In this document: positions 27,975 through 41,200 of the stretch, piece by piece | How positions within the stretch are numbered: the stretch's first letter is position 1 | Layout of the letters: every line of letters begins with the position of its first letter | Assembly: GCA_002633005.1 (NCBI GenBank) | Contig: NMRA01000201.1 | Span: 314,085 to 378,084, forward strand | DNA length: 64,000 nucleotides | Origin: Phoronis australis | Lineage: Eukaryota > Animalia > Phoronida | Reading direction: 5' to 3' | The notes under the pieces: generated by a model | Seen by the model: the letters and a program-made list of their open reading frames with translations, nothing else | Told to the model about the DNA's origin: nothing | Databases searched by the model: none | Translations under genes and position numbers: made by a program

Positions 27975-28568
27975 TAAGTGTCACGGGAAAAGTAACTGCC
28001 ATCAAATATGTCTAAGCAACTTGTAATACTTTTCATGAAAATAGCACTTAAAGCACTGGCTTTCTCCTCTCATGTTAGCTGCCCACTGACACAACTGTTT
28101 GACAGTGTAACGTGTACAAATATATCACAGTGCATTAACAACAAGGAGCTCGACACTAACAATGTATTTGCTTTATACAATACCGCACTGCACGTTGGGG
28201 AACAGCAAAATTGTCCTTTTGAGCAACAAACTTTGCACTGTGCTCAAACATTCACAGAAACACCTGGAAATACAATTCCCTCCAAGAAACTCGAGCGCCA
28301 TCATCGCAAGTCCTTTCCCAAAATCAGATACACTTCGATACTTACTAAAAGTAAAACACTGCGAATCTTGCCACATTTTATTTACACAGAACCTTTCCCA
28401 CTGTGTCACACAAGACAGGAAGGAGACATTTTTTAACATTAACAACAAACAACGCAACCCCAAGGGGATTCACTGGTCACTCCCATCCTCATCAACAATG
28501 ATAAGAAAATAATCACTCTCAAACAGAGAAACAACAAAGCTATTTACAGTAACATTAACAAAGCGAGG

Positions 28569-28661
28569 CATTTGCGCTGCCCAGCAACTAAAAGCGAGAC
28601 CTGTCCACGGTTCATTTGCGCTGCCCAGCAACTAAAAGCGAGACCTGTCCACGGTTCATTT
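28569..28661. repeat. 44-bp tandem duplication in the USP10 3' region
   Basis: Two identical copies. Confidence 0.9.
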
Positions 28662-29036
28662 CAGCAACGAAAAGATAACACAAGCCAGCCCAAGACCAGG
28701 AGGAGACAGAATCTGGTATCAACATAAGTCCACTTGTTGAAACATGCAGAAGAATAAGTCAACACAATGTCAGTAGATGAATTCCAACAGTCAGAGGAAC
28801 AGAACGGCACCCTTCCCACAACTTTTCCAATGAAATACGACACTGTGCCCATCCTTAGGTACTCTTTCACCCAGAAGTCTTAAAGGGAGTTTTTAATAGC
28901 AAAAACCATCACCATGACTTATTGTTTCTGCTTCATTTTAGCTGAAATCTCAATCAGTGCTCAATCAAACCTGGCAGCAATTTACCTTTACCTCATACAA
29001 AGACTGGTGCGACAGTGTCGGCTTCAACAATACCGA

Positions 29037-29290
29037 TCATAAAAAGTCACAACGACGATAGTACAAGATATAGGGCACTTTGGGAGAGGGTGATTTCTGC
29101 ACCTGATGGTATGAGACAACCTTCACGTTACTATCGTCCAATCGTAGCCAGCCGTTGATGCCGCTGTGGTAGACGTCGGCCGTGTAATGTCCGCCCACTG
29201 CCTTATTTCCATGGTGATAGACGACGGCAAACAGCTTGTACGTGCGCTTGCCCTGCGACAGTTTGGAGCGAATGTTGGGCGACAGAAGGT
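29037..29290 (-). CDS. USP10: USP10 last coding exon, His box
   Basis: [23 protein letters not shown]...WLRLDDS...[12 protein letters not shown] followed by TGA. Confidence 0.94.
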
Positions 29291-32200
29291 CTGGAAGGAC
29301 AAAGTAAAGACTTGAAGGTAACTGGCAGGAATAACAGTCTCACCTCACATGGCCATATTAAGATCCATGTGGCTACATCAAAATAACAGTCTCACCTCAC
29401 ATGGCCATATTAAGATCCATGTGGCTACATCCGAATAACAGTCTCACCTCACATGGCCATATTAAGATCCCAACGAAAGCGTTTTTCAAAGAAATTGTTT
29501 ACCCAAGTGTTTCCCATCTAGGTGCATACACCTTTCACATTTTGGCGCATGCAGCTATCGCTTGCACAGGTCTTAAACTATTTTTGAAATTTGAAGACTC
29601 AATTTTACTAAGCGTTTCACATATAGGTGTGGGTGCCTAATTCTGGATATAGGAGTAGCTACATGCATAGGTGAGTGAGGTGAGTGAGGTGAGTGAGGTG
29701 AGTGAGGTGAGTGAGGTGAGTGAGGTGTGTGAGGTGTATGGGCCAAATCATGCATGTGCCCGGTAAAAGAACTGGACAGGTTTGAAAATAACTAGAAGTC
29801 ATTTTCCCGAACAAAACGCACTAGTAATTGTAATGGAAAAAAATATAGACCCTTGCAACAGAAAAAATACACGAGTCAAGAAAAAGTTGTTGCCTCACAT
29901 AGACAAATCTGCAAACACCCAAGAAGGAGAAGTAACAAACGCATAATATTCATGGCTGACAACGCTTGGATTAAATCACAAAATCACTACCAGGAAAATG
30001 CCAAAAAACAGAGAAATTACGCAGCTATTCATAATGACATCACGTGATAACTCAATGTATCCTGCTTTTTAACACTAACACAAATGACAATTGTGAGATT
30101 CAATTGAAACGTCGCTGACTGTGAATACTTTCTTCACCCTTCATTCCTTGTCCAAGTAAAGGAATGTGGTAAAGGGCTTGGCATACCTTTGCTGATGTCC
30201 AGGCTCTCCGGGTAATCTATTCTCTTGGCTACCTTCTGACAGCCTCCGCTCTTGTCGTAGACGAAGCACTTAAGGTGCAAGATTAAAACGGGTGGGAGTT
30301 CTTCCAGTGTAAGACGTCGCGTGGCCTCAATCTGAAACAACAAAAATAAAACTAAAAATTGACGCATTTGAGAGTAGTGTGCGTCTTTTCGCTATTCAGT
30401 TCAATAAAAAAAAAACGAGATTTGACTAACAACTAACGTTAAGTTATGTTCACCTGTATTATTGAGTCAAACAGCTTATCATTTAAAATGACTAATTCTT
30501 ACTAAAATGACATAGGCAAAAATTAAATTTTGGGCCTCAAAAGCGAGGTTCCCCTATATTAATATAGGAGGCATCATTTTTGAGGCCCAAAATTCAAAAT
30601 TCAATTTTTGCCTGTCATTTTAATAAGAATACATCATTTTAAATAATAAGCTGTTGCCAATGATTATGGCTGGTCTCTAAACATTTTAAACAATAAAGTA
30701 CAAGCATTAGTGTATGGGCCCCTTACCTCCACTTTGGTTTTTGCACATATCATTCCTTGCACGGTTTCCTTGGAAACAAGACCTTCGAGAGCATCCTGCA
30801 GGGTGAGTACCTTGTCAGACTGAAATGAAACGTCGTTGTTCACATGTGAACCACATTCTTCCACTGAATAGCCATTTTCCAATATAGTGACGACATGATG
30901 AAATACGTCAAGAAACGAAACATCTGGACTATAGTGTTGTAAATACGTCATTGTTCACTAAAAAGCTTTTTATTTGGTTTTTTGTAAAGGAATTACATTT
31001 CTTCCCTTTCAACTTGGTAGTGTAGCATGTCACAATTAGAAAATAGGTCAAGCAAAAGGTTCGTTTGTGTTTTCACAATGTAAAAGAGTTGCGTGAATAA
31101 CATTTTTTTATTTGTACAGAAACAAAAGATGACCTTCCAAGTACCAGGCTCTACTGCATTAAGACATCATTGATAAGTGACATTCATACACGGACAATTA
31201 TTAAAAATTGACTGATACACCCCAGCCAGACTCCAAGATACTGTGAAAGTTTTCTGATGTAAAAACCGGGACATAACCTTAGCAAGTTAAAAATAGAGTC
31301 TTGGTTAAGATGGAACTGCACAAAAATGGCTCACGTTAGAGCAAAGCTCCAATACCACTTTTCGTAGATAAGTTCACTAAAAGTCCCATAAGAAAGCCAC
31401 ACCTTAACCAGCACTTTTTGCCTTACTGAGACAGCTCAACAGTGCAAGTGAATTCTGTCCTTCACACAACGCCGATGTCACTGTGGTCCAATAAAGTACC
31501 TCAATTTGGTCGGATCCAATTTACACCAGTGCTACGTATGTATATCACGAACTGATAAGCACAACATGTGCTTCTTTTCAACCAACAGTTAATTCTAACT
31601 GAGTGTTTCACTGTCTATTAATGGTCACCTGAATGTCCAGTTGGAGAGTGAAGAAAGGCTGGAGAGTGGCCGACTCCTTCATGCCAGTCCTGTGAAGAGC
31701 TGACCGGATCTGACCACCAAAAATCTCAGAGATGGGCGTCTTGAAGAACTTAGCCTGAAGTCGAGAAATGAGCACATATACATTGGCACATCCGTTCTTG
31801 GAAATATGCTGAAAATTATCATTTTGGGACAGTAGAAATTATTCAATTTATTGAAGGTTGGAAATGGGTAAAATTAGCCATCTCAAATTCAAGAATTATG
31901 AGGAACACAGCCAAATTACCCAGAATTCCGTTCTGTCAGCAGATATGAACTAAAGTCTATTTTCAAACCTTGTTTATACAAAATGCAGTGAACGATACTT
32001 GAGAAATACGATGAACACCAGAACTGCCCATGTTCCGATCTTCAGAATAAAACAATTCAATTTCGGCTTGAATTTCAGTGTCCCAAATTTTAGAAAATGG
32101 CCCTAACTGGAGAATTTTCATTGTGCACACAACCCAGATGAGAGAGTATGGAAAACCAGAGGATTGCTGCTTGAAGAGTCTGTAGCCCAAAGTTAACTTT

Positions 32201-35200
32201 TGGGTCTTTTGACTTTGCTTTTTAGTCTGCTCCCAACCAATCTATGAATTTCTGCCTTTTGGCTTCAAGTTGTAGACAGATTTCCTGACACGCAGCCCAA
32301 GTCTGATCTCATCAAACAGACCAAGTCATATGTGGACTGATTTTTAACCAAAAGCGAGAAGCACCCCCCCCCCCCACCCCCAGGTAATATCAATGCACAG
32401 ACCAATATGTGAACACGAAGTCGATGTATACATAAAATAAACAAAAAAGTAAATAAGAGTAGAGTGCCAGTCAAGGTAATCAGAAGTCATTAACCACAAG
32501 TGCAAGCTTGCAAACACTGTCTTGAACTTCTTACCGATCTTGTGACAACACTCTTGTTCTTGGGTCCCACCTGCTGCCACTCATCATCCCCAGCCCCGCC
32601 CTCTGCCTCATCCTCGGGTCCCGCAATGTCCGACGCCATATAACCATTGGTTACATTCTCGCCTGAAAACACAAGGGTACTGGAAAATTGTTGAATATTC
32701 ACACTTAGTAATGGCAATACTATACTTTATGTTATCACCTCATTTACGTTTTGAAGAAAAACAGAAAACAGTATGTGCACCATAACAAAAACTTAATTCT
32801 TTAGTCAGTCCAAAACGCCCAAATAACAGAAGTCTACACATAAAATGTTAATGCAACCATAAGCCCACGTTATGTCCAAGAAGTAAATTTTTGATATCGA
32901 CCAATTACAGCTATAAAATTGGTCTCAACTCGTTGTATAACCAGACGGGAATGTGATTTCTAGGTTTGCAAAGAACTGACAGCTCGTTATCCATTGAGAA
33001 CATGTTTGGCGTATAAAATGACAGCCCGCGATAAGCCAACTTGTGCAGCCTCATCTTAGGCAACAGTGGTCAATTCTTTCCAAGTCCTAAAATCTTCTTC
33101 AATTTGACTAAGGAACAATTTGAGTCCAATTTCATGACAGTAAGCAATCCTAATCAAAAGTTTTTTAAGATGCAAGGCAGGTTTATAGCCTTTTTAATGC
33201 TAAAATAATTTGATTTTAGAAACAGCCTCAACTGAGGAACGTCTTGAAAAGATCAGACCCATTATATATTGATTATTACCACCTGCATATCTCTTATGAA
33301 AACTTTTGTGGACTTACTGCATGGCATACTTTAACCTGAATGGTAATCTTCAACTCTCATGACAATTTTTAAGTCAAACACAATAAATAGGGCCGTCTTG
33401 AAATAGCACAGCACCGCTCTCATTTTAAGGTATTTACCCACAATGCAACACTCATCTTGCTTCTTCAGGATGCAAATGTGCCAGTCACTATCTTATGTCC
33501 TAACTCTTATGTAACTTATCGTGGTAATGTAGTCAAATTTGTATAATTGCAGTTTAAGTAGTAATGCTGTCACCAAGAAATTTGCAGAAACGTGAAATCA
33601 TCAGTACTAGACGGGCTTCCCTTGTTAATCAACGTTTTGAAAAGTATGACAGTACGACTATCTTTCTATCTTCATTTAAGAGGAGAATTCAATAGAGGAT
33701 GCGCCTATTTAGTGGTTACAAAAATACCATTGGTCTTTCCGTCGACATTGTTCATGGCAGACAGCATCTCTTCATGAAGCCCATTGAGGACGCAACTTAG
33801 AAACTCCTCGGCATCCTCCTGGCGACCTTGCTGCAATTGAAGCAGATCTGTGGTTAATATTTTGGTTGATACGAATTTATGTCTGTCTGATGTCAACCAC
33901 ATACCATTCGTATGAATTCGCGACGCTTTGTTGTAATCATTTTTCCCGTGTGATAATAGCGTTGATCCCATGTGAAATTCAGTGAAAGCAATCCCTCATT
34001 TTCCACTAAAATTTTAATGGAAATGTTTTGCATTGGGACACACGATTTCGAATTCCACCAAATTTACCTGGGCTAACGCCTGGAAATTTATTCATGAGTT
34101 ACCATGGTTTGTTTACTCAATTAATAGTAGTCTGGTGTAAGAATCTTTAGGAACAGGACCACTTGTGGAATTAATCCCATACTTTTTTCTTGAAATATTT
34201 CCGGAATTTTGAAATACACAAGGATGCAGTTAATTGCTGTGAAGCCCTCTACAGCACCACTGCACTGCCATTTGGGTAGATACAACTTACTTCATATCAG
34301 GCTTATGATAAATGATTATCAGGCTGATATTACTGTTCATAGCATCTCCATGCAGTGCCTCTTTGATCACATATCGCTGCTCAGTGATATCACATAAACT
34401 ATCACAACTGATGATAAACTTTGCATAAAAAATTATATCATCCGTATGAATTGTTATGAACCATTCATATCATATAGCATTCATATGAATTCACAATCTT
34501 TGATATCAATTCATACAAAAATATCTTAACGTAAACTATGACCTACCAAAATTGCCTCTGTATGGCATATAGTTTATGCAGCTGTATGACAAAAAAGGTA
34601 AACACAGGGTAGACAACAAATAGGTCACCCGTGCATATCATAGTAGAATAAAATTGCAAGTAGTTTATCCCGTTCAATCCGCCATCTTTTTGATAACATC
34701 ACGTGACCTAATGTAAATAAGTCTGAAAAGATTTCTGCCCCCGACCGGGACTCGAGCCCAGGACCATCTGCAGATCACGTGATGTGATCAAAAAGATGGC
34801 GGATTGAACGGGATAAACAACTTGCAACATATTCCACGCCTCACTGAAAAAGATATTTACATAGAATAAAATTCACATTGTTTAAAGCCCTACACAGCAC
34901 CATCCTTGAAAATCATTGTTTCGCTTCACGTTTCAGGGATATTCCTGACCAGGTTTGAACCTGTGCCCTTTGGGCGCACCCGATGATAAAAAGTGCGATT
35001 TTTTTCAAAAAGATATGCACAGAAGACTTAGTATAATTAAAGTGGTAACATATGAAACAGAAACCCCAAGGATAATCGGAATAAGAACAGAATAATGTTC
35101 ATGTAAAAGTTGCACTTTTATTTCTGGTAATTTACGATCAAATATTGGAAAATCTAAACTGCCTGTTAACCTGGTCTCATTTTAATAAAACCTGCGACCT

Positions 35201-38200
35201 ATATATTACCCGACTGGCAACAAGTCGACAAGAATCTTGCATTTCTGGAACTGTTGCATTTTAAAAGATGCATCCGGGGGGTGGACTGCTACAATGTACT
35301 TGAGCCTTTTTTATTTTTTATGCCCTAACGGTGCAAAGGCGCAGTCCAGGAATATCCCTGTGTTTTGAGGTGGAACTCTCTGTGCTTTTTAAATACCGTG
35401 ATTTAATGTTAACAATTATGCATGATAAAAACATGGACCAATGATGACTAATGACTGCTTCAACCCACAGATTCATCGCTGCTTAACCAATTTCTTCCCA
35501 TTTGAATCCTGCGATTTCGGCAGGACATAATTAGCTCTGTACAGGTATTTTAGGAAGACCCCAGTCAAGACGCAATTTCTCAAAAAAAGTTATTTGCATT
35601 TTTAGAACACGTAATACGAACACAAAATTAAGCAGAATGATCTCTCATTTAAAAACCATCAATGCCAGCAGATGATGGATTTGAATAACACCCTATATGA
35701 TACAGCAAAACTGAGACAAGTGAACACACTTTTCAACCCACCTTGAAGGACTGGTTAGACTGTATTGTCTGAAGCATGTTGTAGACATAGTCGGGTTCAA
35801 AGGGCGTGCCGGGGTTAATGTCCTGACTGCGCTTACCCTTCGACCCTCTCTGCATAATCCTGAACTCGGCAACGAACTGAGCACTGGATCAGACAAAGCC
35901 AGAAATGAAAAACATGATCTCAATGTCGTTCTGTCTTTCCATGTCAAAAGAAAGACATATTCAGTGCAATTGCTTAGTGGCGTTGAAGCATAAAACGAAT
36001 GTTAATTCCAACAATGATGTCAAGGCAACTGACACAATACCTTGCTTAAACCTGTTTGGCTGTGCTAAATATACAGGGCTTCATCAGCTTAAGAACATTG
36101 ACTATCAGCAGTTCCTAACACTGGCCACTATGATTTCCACTATAAAACAATGCTTTTGTGACACAAATCCATGCTTCTGTATTTGTGAGGCAAGTACAGG
36201 CAAAACTTTGAAAGCCTCCATCCACCAGCACCCAACCTAATGCCGGAAATTCTCAAACAACTACACGTCACATGAATGACGTGTGTGTCAATCTACAATG
36301 CATCTTCAAAATATAGTTTTAAACTGTTCCTTAACCGCAGTTACTGTCATCAGAGACCTAATAGTACAAAGTGATTCTATGAAACACATGAGTCACTTAC
36401 AGCGAGTACACAATAGGTGTGGAGTTCTTTGTCAGTGTTGGGGAAGCAGGCAACGCCCTCATCAGGTTGAAAAATGGTGGGCAGGCGAGCAAGGCTTGCA
36501 GTGTCTGAACCAGTCATTAAGGAACGGGTCATCTGGCGCAAACATATATTAACTTCTTGTTACTTAAGATGCAACATGGGTTGCTGACTTCATATACGAA
36601 ATATTTTTTTCTGTTCTCACCATATTTCAAACAAGGGGCCTGTTCCAAGACAACTGACTTAGCTAAGACAAATCTAAAGTTGATTCAAAATGTGTCTCAG
36701 ACTGTTTCAAGAAAGGGATTACCAGCTTGGCAAGCTTGACTGAAGTTTTTCACTTAAATTTGACTACCTTACCGGATGTGGAAGATTCCAAGTTTGGAAG
36801 ACGAGACAAATCTTAAGTCAAAACTGAACTTAAGTCAGTTTCTTGGAACGGGCCCCTGAATGCAGTATAAAAGGCCATGGCCCTATCTACCACATTTTGG
36901 GATTACATAGACTCAGTATAGCCATTAAACAAATGCGCATTCCTTGGCATGGCAGACATGTCACAGACATAGTCACAAAGCGAAACCTTTAGCCATAACA
37001 ATTCCAATTCTGTTACTTCTTGACATCCCTAACACATGTCCAGAGGGGTGTTGTGAGGGTCACGACCCCCATGCTAAGTCACTTAAGTCACGCTACAATG
37101 GAAGAATATAAGTGTGACTGTCCGCTGCTAGGCCTTCCTGACCCTGGGTGTGCTCCCACATGACAAAAATCACACCTTTAAAATATTAACCCCATGGAGT
37201 CTACGTGGTGACCTGTGACCTATTGACCTGAATGCAAAGTACAGCCATATGTAAGACCACGTTGCAAAAGGATACCGCATTGATATAGCACCAGTTGGCC
37301 CGGTTCACCAGTCCCCGCGGCTGAACAGAGCTTGTCTTATGGACTATAGAATAGTCACGTAGGATACCTGCAACACAACAGAACATCTTAAAATCATACT
37401 GCAAGCTCCTGCAGGGCATACAAGGAATACGGTTATTTTGTGTCAAGCTGATTACAATTTGTGTTTCTCAGAGGAAATACATCAAGTTATGTAATAAGAA
37501 AAGCTAACTTTTCTGTCTTTTCATGACCAGTGCACACAAACTGAGGTTTGCAGAAGGTACTTGTGGCAACCTTCTCAAACTCGGTGGATGTTGATTCAAG
37601 TTGAAGGCATTGGGAATCCATCAGTACACACAATAAAACACACTCAACTGCTCACAATGCAACACGTTTAATATAATGACACAAACACGTTGTGTCTAGC
37701 AATTATGAAATGGAATCACTCACACAGAAGATTCTCTGAAAATAGCAAAAGAACATCAAATGCCAAAATTGTAACTTTTTAAATTATCTATAGTTCAATT
37801 GAGTGCATCGATAAAATAAATTTAAATGGAAAAGTTCTTTGCACAATACCAAATCATCTATGATATGGAATTCATTAACTGAGAAAATGTAAGAATTGTG
37901 TATCATACATACTTCCTAATCTACTCGACGAACATTCCCCAGGGGACGCGGCAACATTTGACAGCCCGTTGCCATCGACAACAGCCTCGCCGCCCATTCC
38001 TTCAATATTATTGCACATTTCGGCGTCTCCAGTGGTGCTGTTGAACTCCACTGTATTAGTGCTGTCATAGACAACTACGCCCGGCGACGACTGGGCAGAG
38101 CCCTTGAATAGCCCCGCCCACGACGACACTTTGGGGGCGGAACTCGTTGCTGCCTTTGGTGCAGCATCAGAATCTTTATTACTTTCATTAGAAGAATCCA

Positions 38201-41200
38201 CAGCTGCTGACAGAGTCTGGACAACCTCAGTTTCTTCCTTTGCTGGAAGAACATGACTTGAAGACCCGACCGAATCACATTTCAGGCCATCGGAGACTGT
38301 CGTTTCTGACGACACAACATCCTTTGAGAGATCAAAACTTATCTCCGCTTGCATAGATTCAATTTCATTGACTAATGCCTGATCACGAGGCGTTTCATCG
38401 TTTTCGTTCAGTTCGACATTTGCAGCAGATCCCCTGCTTCCTATTTCCAGAACAAACTTCTCTCCGACAGAAAAGTTCTGTTTTTTGGCAACTTCGGGTA
38501 TGTCGAAACCAAATTCAAAATCAACAACGTTACTGGTCTTGGCTGTCACAACAGGGACACCCTCTACCTCCAGCTGTGCATCTAATGTAATATTACTCTC
38601 TATGCTCACATTTGTATAACTTTCACTGACTGGCTGTTCAATGTTATCTATTGCCCGCGTTTCATTCACCACAATATTGCTGTGAACAACTATATTCTGT
38701 GCATTCTCAATGTGCTCTACAATTTCACCATTTTCAATGGCACAAGATTCCTCGACACTGCGACTAGCTGGCAGGAACCCAGAACCTGCAGGCTCGACTA
38801 ATCTTTGGGGTTGTGCACTGACAAGAGCCATGCTGACAGGGACAGGGTTTTGATAATATCCTGGAGGTCTACGTTTCTTATTCCTTCTCGCATACTTCTT
38901 TTCGTACAGTCTATGTACTGGTGCCATCTCCGATGTGACCGGTGGCATTTCCGATGTGACCGGTGGCATTACAGTTGTCGTGTGCAAATTGTGTGCTAGG
39001 ATTGGCTGCCCATGTATCACCCGTGGTTGGGGCATTGTGACCATTCGCGGCAGGAAGCTAGTAGGTGGAGGCACCCGTCCCATCATTGAATACGCATGGC
39101 CAACCGCCATCGGATGTGGATGGCCAAACTGGGGCACAGACATGCGGGTCACCGGTGGCCGGTGCATCATTGGCGCGTGAGGGCTGGGCATCATGAAGAC
39201 CGGAGTGGGTATCATGCCCGGAGGGGCCACTTTCAACTGGCTGGAGCTGAAAACAGGCTGCGGCTTCAGACTTTCGCCAACACTAGTTTGAGCAATAGAG
39301 GGCAGAGCACTCTGTACAGTGACGCTGACTTCAGCCGCTGCTTCGACATGACTAGTTTCAAAATCATGGAACTCATGATCAGTCGAGTTTGTTGCATTGT
39401 CTTTTATGTCAGGACTGGATGCACTGTTTTCTGCATTGTCCTTGGTAAATTCTCTCACATTTTCTGTATTTTGTACCAAACGTGTACACTGCAAATCAGT
39501 ACTATCCCAAGGGAACTGAAAGTGAAAATCAAAATTTAGAGCAGATATGAGTGCAGGGAGACACATTTTTAAACCAAGTCAATTTCTCGTGACATCAGGA
39601 AATCTCTTTGTCTGTTTAAACCAACCTTTAGCCTATTAACAATGGCACGATGTTTCAGTTCCAGACTTAAACTCCGCCACCTACCAGAAAAAATGTAAAC
39701 CAACTGCCCACCATGACTGTACCAGGTACACATACTCGTTCTAAGAACGATGTAACACCTGAAGACGGTCCAAGAAATGACCAAAACGTCTAGAGGTTGG
39801 TGTAAATTGACGTGACAAAAAATACAAACCAACAGTGGCCAAGCATTTTGAGAAAACCAGTTTTCTCCACGTCCCCACAGATCAACAGGCATCAAATTGA
39901 TTCTCAAAATCCGGAACCCATGCAATGACTATTGCCTATCATTCTAGAGCAAGCAATAACCAACCCAATTCATCTGTCCTCACAGTGCACACCTGGGACA
40001 CAGGCATCTTTTACAAAGCAGCATTTTGACACTGTTAAAGGCGAAGGCAACCTTTTTCCATGTCATTTTGAGCTAAAATAAGGTTGGTTGGTTATCCTAG
40101 ACATATTTTCCACTTAATTACAGCTTTTCGTAATTTTATTAATTACTAGTCCGCTACTCCGGAAGTGACGTTTTAGGAGGCAAGCGTTTCCCGCCACTTG
40201 GTTTTGCGTTGACTTTACCGTGCGAATCTGTTCTATTCTACTTTTGTTTTGTGCTGTTTTTCAACAATTGTCGCCACCACTTTCCATCGGCGAGTATTCT
40301 GCGGCAAGATAGGTTAGTAGAGAACTCAACTACGTTGGATTTAGGGATTGTTTAGTGTGTTGTAAGCTGAAAATGGCTGGAGTCGGTGACCCGTATCACA
40401 GTGACAGTAGTGTGAGTGACGGAGACCTTGTTCACAACAGTGGTGACGAGGAATTTTTTCACGGACATTCAGTGGGTGGGTACATGTTTGAGCCCGAGTA
40501 TAACGAGGCAGGGTACGCACAGGCACAGGCAGCTGTTGAGAGAAACGAGGCGGCTACTGAAGACAGACGTGGTGACACATCTTGGTGCAAATGCACTGTG
40601 TGCGTTGTTATGCCTACCTCAATTGAATGCTTGTGCTGTTCCGAGTTCCACATCAATTATCTTTTTGGTCTCTTCCTCCATTAGAGTGTATGTGGTATAC
40701 TTGGCGGACCGCCCTGGTGAGTCAGACAAGTTCTCCTTCTCCATGAATTCCGCCACCAACTCGAGATGTTGTGACATGTATGCGTCATTGACAACTGGTA
40801 TTAAATAGGAATTCTGAATGTTGTTGAATGTTGTTTTCGAAAAAAAACTTGACTTTTCCAAAGTCCATCATTGTCTTCACCGACTGAAACGTGTTTCCAG
40901 TGAAGAGCACACCACTGGACATGGTTAAGTGGACCTCCGGCATACCACGGACAGAGGAACAACTGTCCCACTTGCCAGAGTGTCCCGTGACACACTCCCA
41001 CTGGATGGTGACCTGAGCACCCAAACTGCTTACATTGTGTCGTGTGACTCCCTCGCCACACACCTGGCACCTTCTAAATAGCTCCAACACTTTAGACAAG
41101 TCCACAATAAACTTATCAAAGTTTGGCTCACCGATCTGTTCACTGGACGACGAACTGTCCTCTTCACTGGGTGTCGAACTGGGCCTGTAATCACTCCCAC

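Noticed and set aside
29330-29470. Possible CRISPR-like array
   Set aside because: Eukaryotic intron with head-to-tail repeats and no unique spacers.
34730-34774. Possible tRNA gene
   Set aside because: Only a 3'-half-like fragment; no D-arm or acceptor stem.
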